From Neoconidiobolus thromboides FSU 785 (Eukaryota > Fungi > Entomophthoromycota), in the NCBI GenBank assembly GCA_025603075.1, contig MU626356.1, positions 1 through 64,000 of the forward strand: a stretch of DNA of 64,000 nt, read 5' to 3'. Positions 42,680 through 54,199 of this stretch are shown here, one piece after another. The notes beneath the pieces are model-generated. The model was not told where the DNA came from, did not search any database, and worked only from the letters and a program-made list of their open reading frames with translations. The translations under genes and the position numbers were made by a program. Within the stretch, counting starts at the first letter, position 1. Every line of letters starts with the position of its first letter.

Positions 42680-43540
42680 TAAAATAACAAGGGTCAAGAA
42701 AACAGAAGTAATTGAATCAATAAGATTAGCATTGAAGCTGGAAAGAGATTATTTGAGTTAGTATATGAACAGCAAAAGTTCATTAGAAGGATATCGAAGG
42801 AGTTGACTATTAATTTTATGACTGTAGTGTCAATTTTTGTAAAGAGCAAAAAAATAAAGGAGAGCCTAAATTTAGGAATGAAAGTTTGGAACAAGATAGT
42901 AATTTAAATCGCTATATTAATATAAGTTGCAATAAAATAAGCAAGAAGACCAAAAAAGAACCATGCAAATTATTAGTTGAATAAGGCAAGCCCATAAAAG
43001 AAAGGGCAAAAAAAATTGTCTGTCAACTATGGTATTTCACTGAACATTTTTTTAAAAAGAGAAAGTTTAAAAGATACTGTAAATGCAGAAGAAATAAATG
43101 TAGAAAATAATAACTTGAGTGACTTTATCGATAAAAGATGTAATAAAATAAATAAGGATATTAAAAAGGATTTGTTGGAGTTAGTATTAAATCAAGAAAA
43201 AGTCATAAAAGAGACAGCGGAACATTTACTTATCAAATATAAAAACACATTAAATATTATTGCAATGTAAAGGAAAAGATTAAGAGAGGGTATAAATGTA
43301 GGAAAGATTGGTATAATGGAAGGCAATAAGTTACATAATTTTGTCAATAAATCTTGTGATAAAAAAACAATGAATTTAAAATGAATTTATCATACTTAGT
43401 AATCAATCAAAGAAATAATACAAAAGAAACAGCGAAGCAATCAGTCATCAATTATAATATAGCATGTAGTATTATATTAAAGGGGGAATCAGTTAAGAGA
43501 AAGTCAAAATAAGGGAAATCAAATATTCAAAAGCTAAAAA
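42680..43540 (+). pseudogene. Decayed paralogue 3 of the tandem-HTH protein
   Basis: KDLLELVLNQEKVIKETAEHLLIKY, RLFELVYEQ; stops and frameshifts. Confidence 0.75.
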
Positions 43541-43947
43541 AATTAAAGAATAATATATACTATTGATGATGAACTGTCATTATGTTTTTATGTAAATTGT
43601 ATAAGATTGATTATTTATTAGCTATATAAAATAACATTTTTTTATAAACTGGAAAGAGTTAATTATGACTATAAAGATAAAGTGTATAAAGTACTAAAAA
43701 AATTTAATATAGTCAATTTTAAACTTGACAAGATTTTATTTAAATATAAATATAAAGCTTTAATTTATAATTACAAAGTTCAAAACTATTTTTTATTTCA
43801 ATAGTAAAATTTAGTTTTTAATAAAATTTAAATGTAAAAATGTTCAATGAAGTTAGAGCTATATAACAATATTTAAGTTTATATTTGTTATTACAACAGT
43901 TTTTAATACAATCTATTATTCTAGAATTTAATAAAAAAGGACAATAT

Positions 43948-44045
43948 GGTAGTATTTTTTTTGGCGTCGTTACTTTTTCCATCTTTTAAGTGCTGTTTGA
44001 GTGGAAAATTGTTAGCAAAATTCTTAAACACAAAAATACATCCCC
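43948..44045 (-). mobile_element. MITE copy 6
   Basis: ATAT|GGTAGTATT...ACATCCCC|ATAT. Confidence 0.88.
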
Positions 44046-44333
44046 ATATGCTTTTAAAGCTTGTGATTTTGAGCAAACTGGATCTACAGCGAATAGGGCT
44101 CCAATCTTACAATCTTATAATATTTTTTTGATGTACAAATTACATTATAATTAAAAATCTTATCTTTAGGCACTATACCGAGGGCTTCAGTCAAATTTAA
44201 TCTTAGTATTAGGTTTGTGGTGATAAATAATATTCTATATTAATTATTTCTCATGATTAAAAATAGTGAGTCATTACTAGAAAGGTGACGTATAAAAAGA
44301 AAAAAAAATCAAAATTAACCCTTTAATATTAAT

Positions 44334-45604
44334 ATGTTTTTAAAATCAATTCAGTCAAAGGCATTTCAGTCATTGAAATACAAGACAGGGATACGAAGCT
44401 ATAGTAATAAGATTACCAGCTTTGAAACTTTAAAAGATTTAAACGCCAATCAGATTAATCACTTAATAAAAACATCCATAAAATTCAAAAAGGATATTAA
44501 AAACAATGTTACCAGCTACGATCAAACATTACGCTCCAAATCAATAGCACTATTGTTTTCCAAACGTTCCACTAGAACCCGATTAGCAACAGAGACTTCA
44601 GCTAATCTATTAGGTAATTTTTTTATCAATAGTTTTGATTTAATAGTTAATTTGTTTTAAGGTGCCAAAACATTTTATTTAGGTGCTAATGACATTCAGT
44701 TAAATGTGAATGAAACTTTATTAGATTCGGCAAAAGTCATATCAAGTATGGTAGATTGTATTGTAGCTAGAGTGGGTAGCCATTCAGAAATAGAAGTAAG
44801 TATTTGACAACATTTTGTTTATTTAATTTGACAAAACACATAGGAACTTATGAAATATTCAAGTGTACCAGTAGTGAATGCATTAAGTGATAAATATCAT
44901 CCCACTCAAATTTTAGCGGACTTAATGACGTTACATGAAACTTATTGTCAGGAAATGAATATTCAAAAAGCAGAAGATACGGATTTATTTCATACATTAG
45001 GTGGGAAAAAAGTGACTTGGATTGGAGATGTCAATAATGTATTATATAGTTTGATGTTAACATTACCAAAATTTAAAATTCATTTATCAATTTCAAGTCC
45101 CAAAGGTTATGAACCATTAAAAGAAATATTATTAATTGCAAATAATGAAGCAAGTAGATCTGGAGCTAATTTGGAGATTTTGAATGACCCAATTGAAGCT
45201 ATTAAAAATTCAAATGTTATTGTTACTGATACTTGGTAAATTAATAAATTTAATATATTTGATTTGTAGTAATTTTATCATTATTTATTAGGGTTAGTAT
45301 GGGACAAGAAGAAGAATTTGATAAAAGAATCCTAGATTTTAAAGGATATCAAGTTACAATGGATTTAATTAGCAAATCAAAAGCTAACCCAGATTGGAAA
45401 TTTTTACATTGCTTACCAAGAAAACCTTATGAAGTGGATGATGAGGTAATTAAATGATAGCTAATGAACTTGAAAAGTTATTAATGTTTTTAGGTATTTT
45501 ATTCAAATCGTTCATTAGTATTTCAAGAAGCTGAAAATCGTAAATGGACAATAATGGCTGTTTTGTACTCCTTAATGCATTTGAAGCATTTTCCAGAAGC
45601 ATAA
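44334..45604 (+). CDS. ARG3: Ornithine carbamoyltransferase, with probable mitochondrial presequence
   Basis: [61 protein letters not shown]; 4 introns. Confidence 0.95.
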
Positions 45605-45843
45605 AGGAGCACCTTTTAGTTATAAAATTTAATATTTTATTTAATAAAATAGTTACCTGTTCTATCTTGAAGTTGTTTAATATAACAACGATTATTCTAA
45701 GTGTTAAAATCTTATGAGTTATAAATTAAAATTTTATTTTTTATTTTAAAATAATCATAGCTTTTAGGTAGTTTATTTCTATCATAAAATGATGAAACAA
45801 GTATTTTGAAATTTAAGTTCAATTTGAATTTACATAAACATAT

Positions 45844-45940
45844 GAGGATGTATTTTTGTGTTTAAGAATTTTGCTAACAATCTTTCCACTCAAGCAGCGC
45901 TTGAAAAATGGAAAAAGTAATGAAATCAAAAAAAATCCCT
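45844..45940 (+). mobile_element. MITE copy 7
   Basis: ATAT|GAGGATGT...ATCCCT|ATAT. Confidence 0.88.
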
Positions 45941-46639
45941 ATATTACGTTCTATTATACTTATAAATTGAATTTATAGTGAAATTTCGGTCTTTTAATTG
46001 AAACAATATGGACAAAACGATAGACAAAATTTAATAGAAAAATACTTTAACTATTACCCTTTGGTTTAATGAACATCTACGTAACTATTCTTATCTTTAA
46101 ACAGGTTAGAATTCTGAGTTGAACCGAAGAAGGTGTTGATTTCCACTTTGAGATAAATCATTGGCTTTGTTTTGCAATTGAATATTATCAAGTTGAAATT
46201 GGACTAAACTAATATCCAATTTAGTTATTACAGAAAAAATAAATTATATTGAAATCTTTAAAGTAATACATATTTAATAAAGTGAGCTTTTAAAACTATT
46301 AAATAAAGATGATAAACTATTAACAATATATTTTGTTATCTTTGAATTAGTAAGATAACTATTAATAATAAAACTTAAATTACTGCTTTCAAATTGATGG
46401 GGATTTAGTAGTTAGTGTCTAAATTTAATCTCCACGTGATGTGAAAAAAAACTCAATTTTATTAAAGATGATCTAAATAAGGAAAACGATATTCACTACA
46501 AAGTCACTAGCAAATCAAGACCCTTATATCTTAAGCAGAAACCAATAAAAGAGTGGATTGATGCCTTATTTCCAAAACTTCAACTTCAACCAATATCAAT
46601 TTAAAAAAAAGATTCATTTCAATGTGTTTAATTTTAAAA

Positions 46640-47526
46640 ATGTTCACTAATAGTCCCCCATTATTACGAGCTAAAACAGTACCCTTAATGAAGTCAGTAG
46701 AAGATGGTTTTCAGTTAGAACCTCAGAAAATCAATTTACTAGGTAGAACTACTAATGAACATGTATTAACTCAAAAGATGGCTAATAAGGTAAATAAAAA
46801 TTGGAATTTATAGATTTTATATTAAATCAAAAGAAAATTATTAGTTAGTTGATAAATTACCTCCAACCTTAAAGTTAGCTAGATCTTGGAGCTTATTGTA
46901 CAGTATTGATCAACATGGTTTAAGTATATCTACTTTATTTCGCAGAGCTAAAGATTCAGGTCCTTGTATATTAGCTATTAGAGATTCAGAAGATCAGGTA
47001 AGCGAAAAATAGTTTGGAATTTAAAACGTATATGATTTAATGAGTTTTATTTTATAAAAGGTATTTGGTGCTTTTTTATCTGATCAAGTGATGTCACATC
47101 CTAATTATTATGGTACTGGGGAATGGTAAATATTGTATTTTAATTATTAATTTTAAAATTTATTTAAGTACAAATAATTTATATAGTTTTTTATGGCGTT
47201 TTGGTGATCCAAGAGAAATAGCAGCGACAAACGACGATAGCCATTTATTTACATTTGAATGGACAGGTAAAAATCATTATAATATTTTATGTGAGACAAC
47301 GTTTATTTCAGTGGGTGGAAGGTAAATTTATATTTAATATATATTACATATCTTGTATTTAATTACTATTATATGTATTAGTGATGGTAAATATGGTTTG
47401 TGGATTGATAGTGATTTAAATTTAGGAATATCTAGCAAATGTTCTACATTCGATAATTTACCATTAGCTGGTCCTCAAGAAGAATTCAATTGCGTGGAAT
47501 TGGAATTATGGCGTATTGATATTTAA
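46640..47526 (+). CDS. OXR1: TLDc-domain oxidation resistance protein
   Basis: WSLLYSIDQHGLSISTLF, VFGAFLS, YYGTGE, FTFEWTGKN, DGKYGLWIDSDL, CSTFDNLPL, ELELW; start uncertain. Confidence 0.85.
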
Positions 47527-47778
47527 ATTATTCTATTTTTATTGTATGGTTGATTCTGTTTTTTATATCCTTATTAAAAATTATACTTTGATTTATTATC
47601 GTTGAGCTATTACTTTTTAGTAAAGTTTTTATATTTATTTGAATACTTAACTGATAAAGTTGGCTTACGTTGGCGTTTTTTGTGCAAATTTTTGTTTTTT
47701 TACCTAGTTGCATAAATTTAAAATCGATTTTATAAAAAAAACTGTTTTTAGTGTAATTTATATATAAATTCATACAAA

Positions 47779-48524
47779 ATGGTATTTGATACTAGCCAAA
47801 TTAACCAACATCAACTAAATCATTCAATTAGTCAGTGACTTTACATACCGATTTAGGGGATTTGAAGATAGAAGTATTTTGTGAAAGTGTACCTAAAGCA
47901 GCCGAAGTAAATTAAAAATCATTTATTTTAAATTATCTGAGTTTTAAGAATTTTTTAGCTTTATGTGCCAGTGGATATTATGATAACTGTTTAATTCATC
48001 GAAATATTAAAGGCTTTATGATGCAAGTATGGAAATTAGTTTCATATTTTTATTTATTTATTTATTTATTATTTAGACTGGTGATCCAACAGGTTAGAGA
48101 AAGAGATTTTGAAAGACTATAAGAATAGTATTAACAAATTAAAATATAGGAACTGGTAAGGGAGGAGTATCAATATGGGGGAATAAATTTGAAGATGAAA
48201 TCAAATCTACATTAAGAGTAATTCATTTATTTATTTTCTAATATTCATAACTAAACCTTATTTTAGCATCATTGTAGAGGGATAGTCAGTATGGCTAATA
48301 GTGGAGCTGATACTAATGGTAGTCAATTCTTTATTACTTATTCTAAACAATCCCATTTAGATACCAAGTATACCATTTTTGGTAAAGTCATTTATGGATC
48401 AGATACTACTTTAGAAGACATTGAAAATACACCAACTGATGAAAAAAATCGTCCATTAAAACCAATACGTATTCAATCTATTACTATTCATGCTAATCCA
48501 ATTGCTGAAAAAGCAGAGCAATAA
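47779..48524 (+). CDS. PPIL3: Cyclophilin, PPIL3/Cyp10 type
   Basis: [76 protein letters not shown]; ATG split from exon 2 by an intron. Confidence 0.92.
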
Positions 48525-48604
48525 ATCAAATTGTTTATAATTATTTTTATTATATAACATTTTTTTAGAAATTTTAATTTCAAGCTTTCAAGTTTTAATT
48601 TTTT

Positions 48605-48783
48605 ATAATGAGTATCGATAATAAGGATCAGATTATACAATTATTACAAGAGATTAAAAAGGAATTTTTATTAACATTCAAACGAGAAGATGTAGTAGAT
48701 TTTGTATTTAAAAATACTGAACAAATGATTAGAAATAGTGAATTGGAAGGACTTGGCTTATTTGGTTTAGGTAAATAAATTTT
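48605..48783 (+). repeat. 179-bp inverted repeat, arm 2 (orphan copy of exon 1 plus splice donor)
   Basis: Identical to the reverse complement of 41972-42150; no downstream MED1-like exons follow. Confidence 0.9.
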
Positions 48784-48963
48784 ACTCATTTCAAATTGTA
48801 TTGTTGTTATTGAATTAAGTAAGAATAAAAATGATATCGTTACAGTTGTGAATAACATTAATATGTTTGACTGTTTTTAATAATTTCAATAAAGTTAAAA
48901 TATTTTATAAATGATTAATATTCTAATAATAACATATTCTATTAATATTATTATTTGACATAT

Positions 48964-49061
48964 GAGGATGTATTTTTGTGGTTAAGAATTTCACTAACAA
49001 TTTTTCCACTTAAAGAGTGCTTGAAAGATGGAAAAAGTGATGAAGTCAAAAAAACATCCCT
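48964..49061 (+). mobile_element. MITE copy 8
   Basis: ATAT|GAGGATGT...ACATCCCT. Confidence 0.88.
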
Positions 49062-49084
49062 GTATATATCATTGAAACTTAGTA

Positions 49085-50110
49085 GTGATAACAATAAATT
49101 CAATTAGGCAACATATAAAATTGGTGCTTTAAAGGAAATAACAAACAAAAACTAACAAGTAGCATTATCATCACTTATAGTTTCAGTATATTTTCTTAAT
49201 AAATGCAAAAGTTTTAAACTTGATATAAGTAGAAATGAATACAATTATTTAAATAGTTGTTAACAATAAAATACTAATATTATGGTTTATTATTAAAAAT
49301 ACAAAAAAGCTAAAAACAAGCAAATCAAAATTGCTACATTTATTTAATAAGTTAAAGAAACGTAAAATAATTTTAATTAAAGTTATAAAATCTATAAAAA
49401 AGTTAAAAGTTTAAAAATTAACCCCAGCTTATCTTATAAAAATAAGTTAAATTTAAAAATTCCAACACTCATTAGATAAATAAATATTTATTGAATGATG
49501 TAAATCAATTATTAATAACTAAGTTAATAAATAATTAAAAAGCAAGTAGCTATAGTAATAAATAAAAATTACTACTACATTACTTGTATTATATAAAGAT
49601 GATTAACTGTAGTTTTAAAGTTAAATGCTTTCCCCCATGTAACTATTTACTAATTTAGTAATATATTAGTAATGTAGTTATAATATTAAAATGGTTCATT
49701 TATTTAATCCAAAATCTGCAATATTAGCTATAAAGCAGTCAGCAGTAAATATTTTTCAATAAAGTTTTATAGTAATATGTGGAGATGTTTTTTTTGGCTT
49801 CATCACTTTTTCCATCTTTTAAGCACTATTTAAGTGGAAAAATTGTTAATAAAGTCCTTAAATATAAAAATATATTCCCAGATACTTATTTGCATATTAC
49901 GACTTTGGTTAATATCAATATTGATCTTATTACATAAATTATATTGGCAAAAACTTTACTAATCTGGGAATCTCTATTAAATTTAATATAAATTTGATCA
50001 ACTTATAATATAAATTGTAATAAATGACTTAAAACTGTATTAAATACTTTTACTTTTAACAAAAAATTTATTATGAAATTTTGAGCAAAGTTTCCAAAAT
50101 TCAAAATATT
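49085..50110 (+). mobile_element. Internally deleted, decayed derivative of the 10059-13743 transposon
   Basis: Blocks similar to about 10480-10700, 13130-13560 and 13620-13700 in the same order; interrupted by MITE copy 9. Confidence 0.7.
49781..49879 (-). mobile_element. MITE copy 9
   Basis: GGAGATGTTTT...ATATTCCC. Confidence 0.85.
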
Positions 50111-50541
50111 TAAAGGGGATAAAAAAATAAACCCGATTTGAATATTTTTATATATTAAAATAATTATAAAAAACAGTTTGGTTAGTTTACTATATTATAA
50201 ATTTTATTTTTATAATCACAAATAATTAATACTTACACATTCATATAATTTATATAATAATAAGTAATTAATGATTAGCTTGGCATTTTTAACTTGTGAT
50301 AATGTTTTTTGTCTTTTTTTAACTGCTTTTTTTTAAAATGTAATATTGTATATTATATAACATTTAATAAATAATAATTTAGCTGCCTTTTTTTGTAAAA
50401 TAGCTACATTCCTCGATTAAACTCTATAACTTTTCTTCAATCTCATCATTTATTTTATTATGTGTCTTATTAATATAATTATTTATGTCTTTTCCTTCTA
50501 TTTATTTTTTTCTATTTGCAGCTTCTTTAAATTTTTTATAT

Positions 50542-50639
50542 GGGGATGTTTTTTTTGTCTTTATTACTTTTTCCATTTTTAAGCACTATTTGAGTGGAAA
50601 GGTTATCAGCAAAATTCTTAAACGAAAAAATACATCCCC
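50542..50639 (-). mobile_element. MITE copy 10
   Basis: ATAT|GGGGATGT...ACATCCCC|ATAT. Confidence 0.9.
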
Positions 50640-51250
50640 ATATAAATAAGCTATTTTATATTATCATGTTCAATAAATGAACTTACTACTACTTTTTTAA
50701 TAGGTTTTGTTTTTTTGTTTTTTTTACCTATCTTATCGTTTATTTTGTTCATGTTTATTTAAATTATCCTCTTTTTATACTTTATTTTTTTATTTTTTTC
50801 AACTTTTAATTTTTATTATAAGTAATAGTTTCTACAGTACTATATTTAATAAACAATTCTTTCTCTACTTTTTTTTCAAAGCTTTTTTTTATTTAATTAC
50901 CAACTTTTATAAATTTTTTTAAGTACCTATTTTATTATTAAATTTTCTAATAAGATGTAGTAAGTTGTTATTGCTTTTAATATCCATCTTTTCTATATTT
51001 GCTTTATTTTTACTTTTTTTTAACACTAGTTTTTAACGCGCTGCTATAACTAATAGATTGTTTCTTTATTGTTTCTTTAAAAACATCTTTTGTTTGACTA
51101 CTAACTTCTATGAATCTTCCTTATTTTCATTACTTGTTTATCGCCTGTTTTAATAATAACACTCTTAGATCTACCATTCTCTTCCATATTCTTTTACCTT
51201 GCACTTATGTTTTTATACAGCCTTTTTTCGTTTTTCTACAAACAAATTAT

Positions 51251-51346
51251 GGGGATGTGTTTTTGTATTTAAGAATTTTACTCAATTTTTCCGCTCAAAT
51301 AGCGCTTAAAAATGGAAAAAGTAATGAAGACAAAAAAAACATCCCC
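51251..51346 (+). mobile_element. MITE copy 11
   Basis: TTAT|GGGGATGT...ACATCCCC|TTAT, matching non-ATAT TSD. Confidence 0.9.
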
Positions 51347-51833
51347 TTATGCTTCAATATAATATTTAATAAATAATGGTTCAACTGCTTCTTTTATAGA
51401 CTTTTTTCAATTGCTAACTTATATAATTCTGTTTTGGCCTTTTTACTTAACTTATTTTAGGTTTCATCACCACTGTTTTCTTGTTTCTTATTAATTTGTT
51501 TATTTTTCCATTAAGACCTGTGATTTCAATTACTAAAACTAAAATAAGTACGAAGTTCTTAAATTAAGCAAAATGTACCAGTTTTGCTTCTTGATCAAAT
51601 AATATTCAATACCAAATTTATCCACATTGTACTTTATGCATATAGTAATATTGAACTTATTTACCCTAAGCTGACAAACTATAGGATTTTTAATAGAAAA
51701 ATTGATTAATTTACTATATTTAACTTGAAACGCTTACTATGTCATCAAAAAAATTGCTATTTAATTGGATAATTGATTTTTAGATATTAATGGAAATGAC
51801 TCTCAATCCTTTAATGATATCTTTTGTATTAAA

Positions 51834-53491
51834 ATGGGTAGAAGGCGTTCAGCTGTAAAAAAGCAAAAACAAAAAAGTACGTACAATTGTTTAGATTAGT
51901 ATAGTGAGTCTGATGTAAAATAATCTTATTTGAAACCAACAGTTAAGCATTTTAGTAAATTTGGATCCATCATCTGATATAGCAAACAGTGTAGTGCCAA
52001 GTGAAGACTTGATTTACAAAAAAGAAAAGCCGGACATAATAATTAGATACCTAGGATGTCAGTATGTAGATCCAGAAGATGCAAATTATAAATGTGAAAA
52101 TTTCAAATCGTTTATTTTTGATAATGACAAAATCAAAAAAATATATATATGTAGCGAACACCTTTTATATTCATCAGACTCGTCCCAAAGCGAAGAAGGT
52201 AATGTAAAAAATATTGGTAATAGATTGCCTTATGACACGGATTGCACTGTACGGTATTGTTCTTATTTTGATGAATATGGAAGCTACTGTAAAAAAACTG
52301 ATATATCAGTAATTGATTATGGTATGCCTATTGAAAGATGGTTTTGTTATAACCACCAGATGATGCATAGAATGGAAGAGCAATCAAATAATTCGAATAA
52401 AAATGAAAATTACCTACACGAAAGGTATTGCACCAAAACTTTAAACAATCTGAAAATTTGACTAGAACCTTTAGGCTTCCAAGGATCCTTTGTCCGTCTT
52501 CTGATCTTAGTAGGTAAAGACAGTTTGTAAAATTAAATCACAAACTAATCAATAAAGCTATTCTGAAGAACATAAATCATTTAGAGCATCAATCTCAAAC
52601 GACAAAAGTAATGAAAGTGAAAATTACCTACATGAAAGGTATTTGCACCAAAACTTTAAACAATCTGAAAATTTGACTAGAACCTTTAGGCTTCCAAGGA
52701 TCCTTTGTCCGTCTTCTGATCTTAGTAGGTAAAGACAGTTTGTAAAATTAAATCACAAACTAATCAATAAAGCTATTCTGAAGAACATAAATCATTTAGA
52801 GCATCAATCTCAAATGACAAAAGTAATGAAAGCAATCAAAGTGATGAAAGCGTCTATAGTAAAAAGCCAATACCATCCTCGCTATTAAAAGGTTTAAGCA
52901 ATGATGTAATTGTGAACTTGAAAGAAATTTATAATAAACAAGGAGATAGTAAATCGGGGGACATTCATATTTATGCAACATTACCGCCAGGAAATAATAA
53001 AAATAACAGTGCCTCTAAAAGCACTAAATCAAAGCTAGCTTCGTGGAAATCAGGAGGGAAAGTTTACTACAAAATTGGAACTTCTATGGATATAAGGTTA
53101 TCAAATCGAGATAAATTAATACAATGTCCTGTATTCAAATCGTGTTGCAAATCTGATTCGCCATTAAATGTTAACTATTTATTATCAATTCAATGTAATG
53201 ACATCTACAAATTAAAAGAGTTAATCAAACTCCATTTAAAACAAAAACTTGTTCCTTTTGGAAAGGCGAGTAAAGTAAGGTTTATGGTAATATCAAAAAA
53301 TCAATTTTATAATTTTATAGAATATTTGTAAAGGATGTGAAAGCAACCATGAAGACTGGTTTCTAGTAGATAGAAGTATATATTTTAAATTACTTACGGA
53401 AGGCTTTGTTGCATTGAAGGATTTTTACCCTGGGTGGAAAAATATAAAGAATATCGTACTTAAATGGAGTGACCATATCAATAACAGCTGA
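51834..53491 (+). CDS. Cys/His Zn-finger + T5orf172/MUG113 (GIY-YIG-like) domain protein; one frameshift in a duplicated segment
   Basis: Two C..C..CxxH motifs; HIYA...YYKIGTS...LIQC...LKELIKLHL; spliced last exon CKGCESNHEDWFLV...WKNIKNIVLKW; start codon uncertain. Confidence 0.65.
52404..52832 (+). repeat. Tandem direct duplication, 214 + 215 bp
   Basis: Units 52404-52617 and 52618-52832 differ by two C/T changes and one T indel. Confidence 0.95.
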
Positions 53492-54017
53492 AAATAAATT
53501 ATTAGAAATCATATTTTGTACACTTTTTTAATATATTGATTTTAATAAATAGTAATACAATTAAACTGTTATACTAAAAATAGTGCAAATCACATATTAT
53601 AAAATTGACAAAAAAATGCGCGATGTATGAGTTTTTCAAAAGACTATAAGCTAAAGTTAATAAAAAACACCAAGGAATGCCTATATGAACTAACATATTA
53701 ACCATATAGTATCAAAGAGGCTATTGTCTAAAAATAGTTAAGGAAATTGCCAAATCCAAATAGCAAAAATTACCAAATGCTCAATAAAGACCTTATTTAA
53801 AAAGATCTAAGCAATCTTGAACTACAAATTTTTACTAAGAATCAAACTATTAACACTATCACAATTTCAAGTTAGATATAGAAATACCAGAATGATGGTA
53901 AAACACAATTACTTCCTACCGTTGGTAACCAATCAATAGTTTTTATGCAGTCACACACATCATACCAATAGCAGTAAATTTTATTTTAATTTTGTCTATT
54001 ATTCATAATTACTATAT

Positions 54018-54113
54018 AGGAATGTGTTTTTGTTTAACAATTTTATTGATAATTTTTCTACTCAAATAGCGCTTAAAAGATGGAAAAAGTGATGAAACCA
54101 AAAAAACATACTC
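54018..54113 (+). mobile_element. MITE copy 12
   Basis: ATAT|AGGAATGT...ACATACTC|ATAT. Confidence 0.85.
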
Positions 54114-54199
54114 ATATACCTAAATAAAATATAAATTAAGGATACTTGAAAAGCTAAAGAAATAAAAATAAAAATAAAAACATTTTCTTAGCAAGATTT

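Larger units (their letters stand above)
50270..51520 (-). pseudogene. Decayed paralogue 4 of the tandem-HTH protein, hit by two MITEs
   Basis: Minus-strand remnants SIKEAVEPLFIKY, ISYSSALK, ELFIKYSTVETI, and DEIEEKL*SLIEECSY..KKAAKLL matching repeat 6. Confidence 0.6.

Noticed and set aside
48964-49879. Composite transposon formed by inverted MITE copies 8 and 9
   Set aside because: Similarity to the large transposon continues past copy 9 to about 50110, so copy 9 is an insertion and not a boundary
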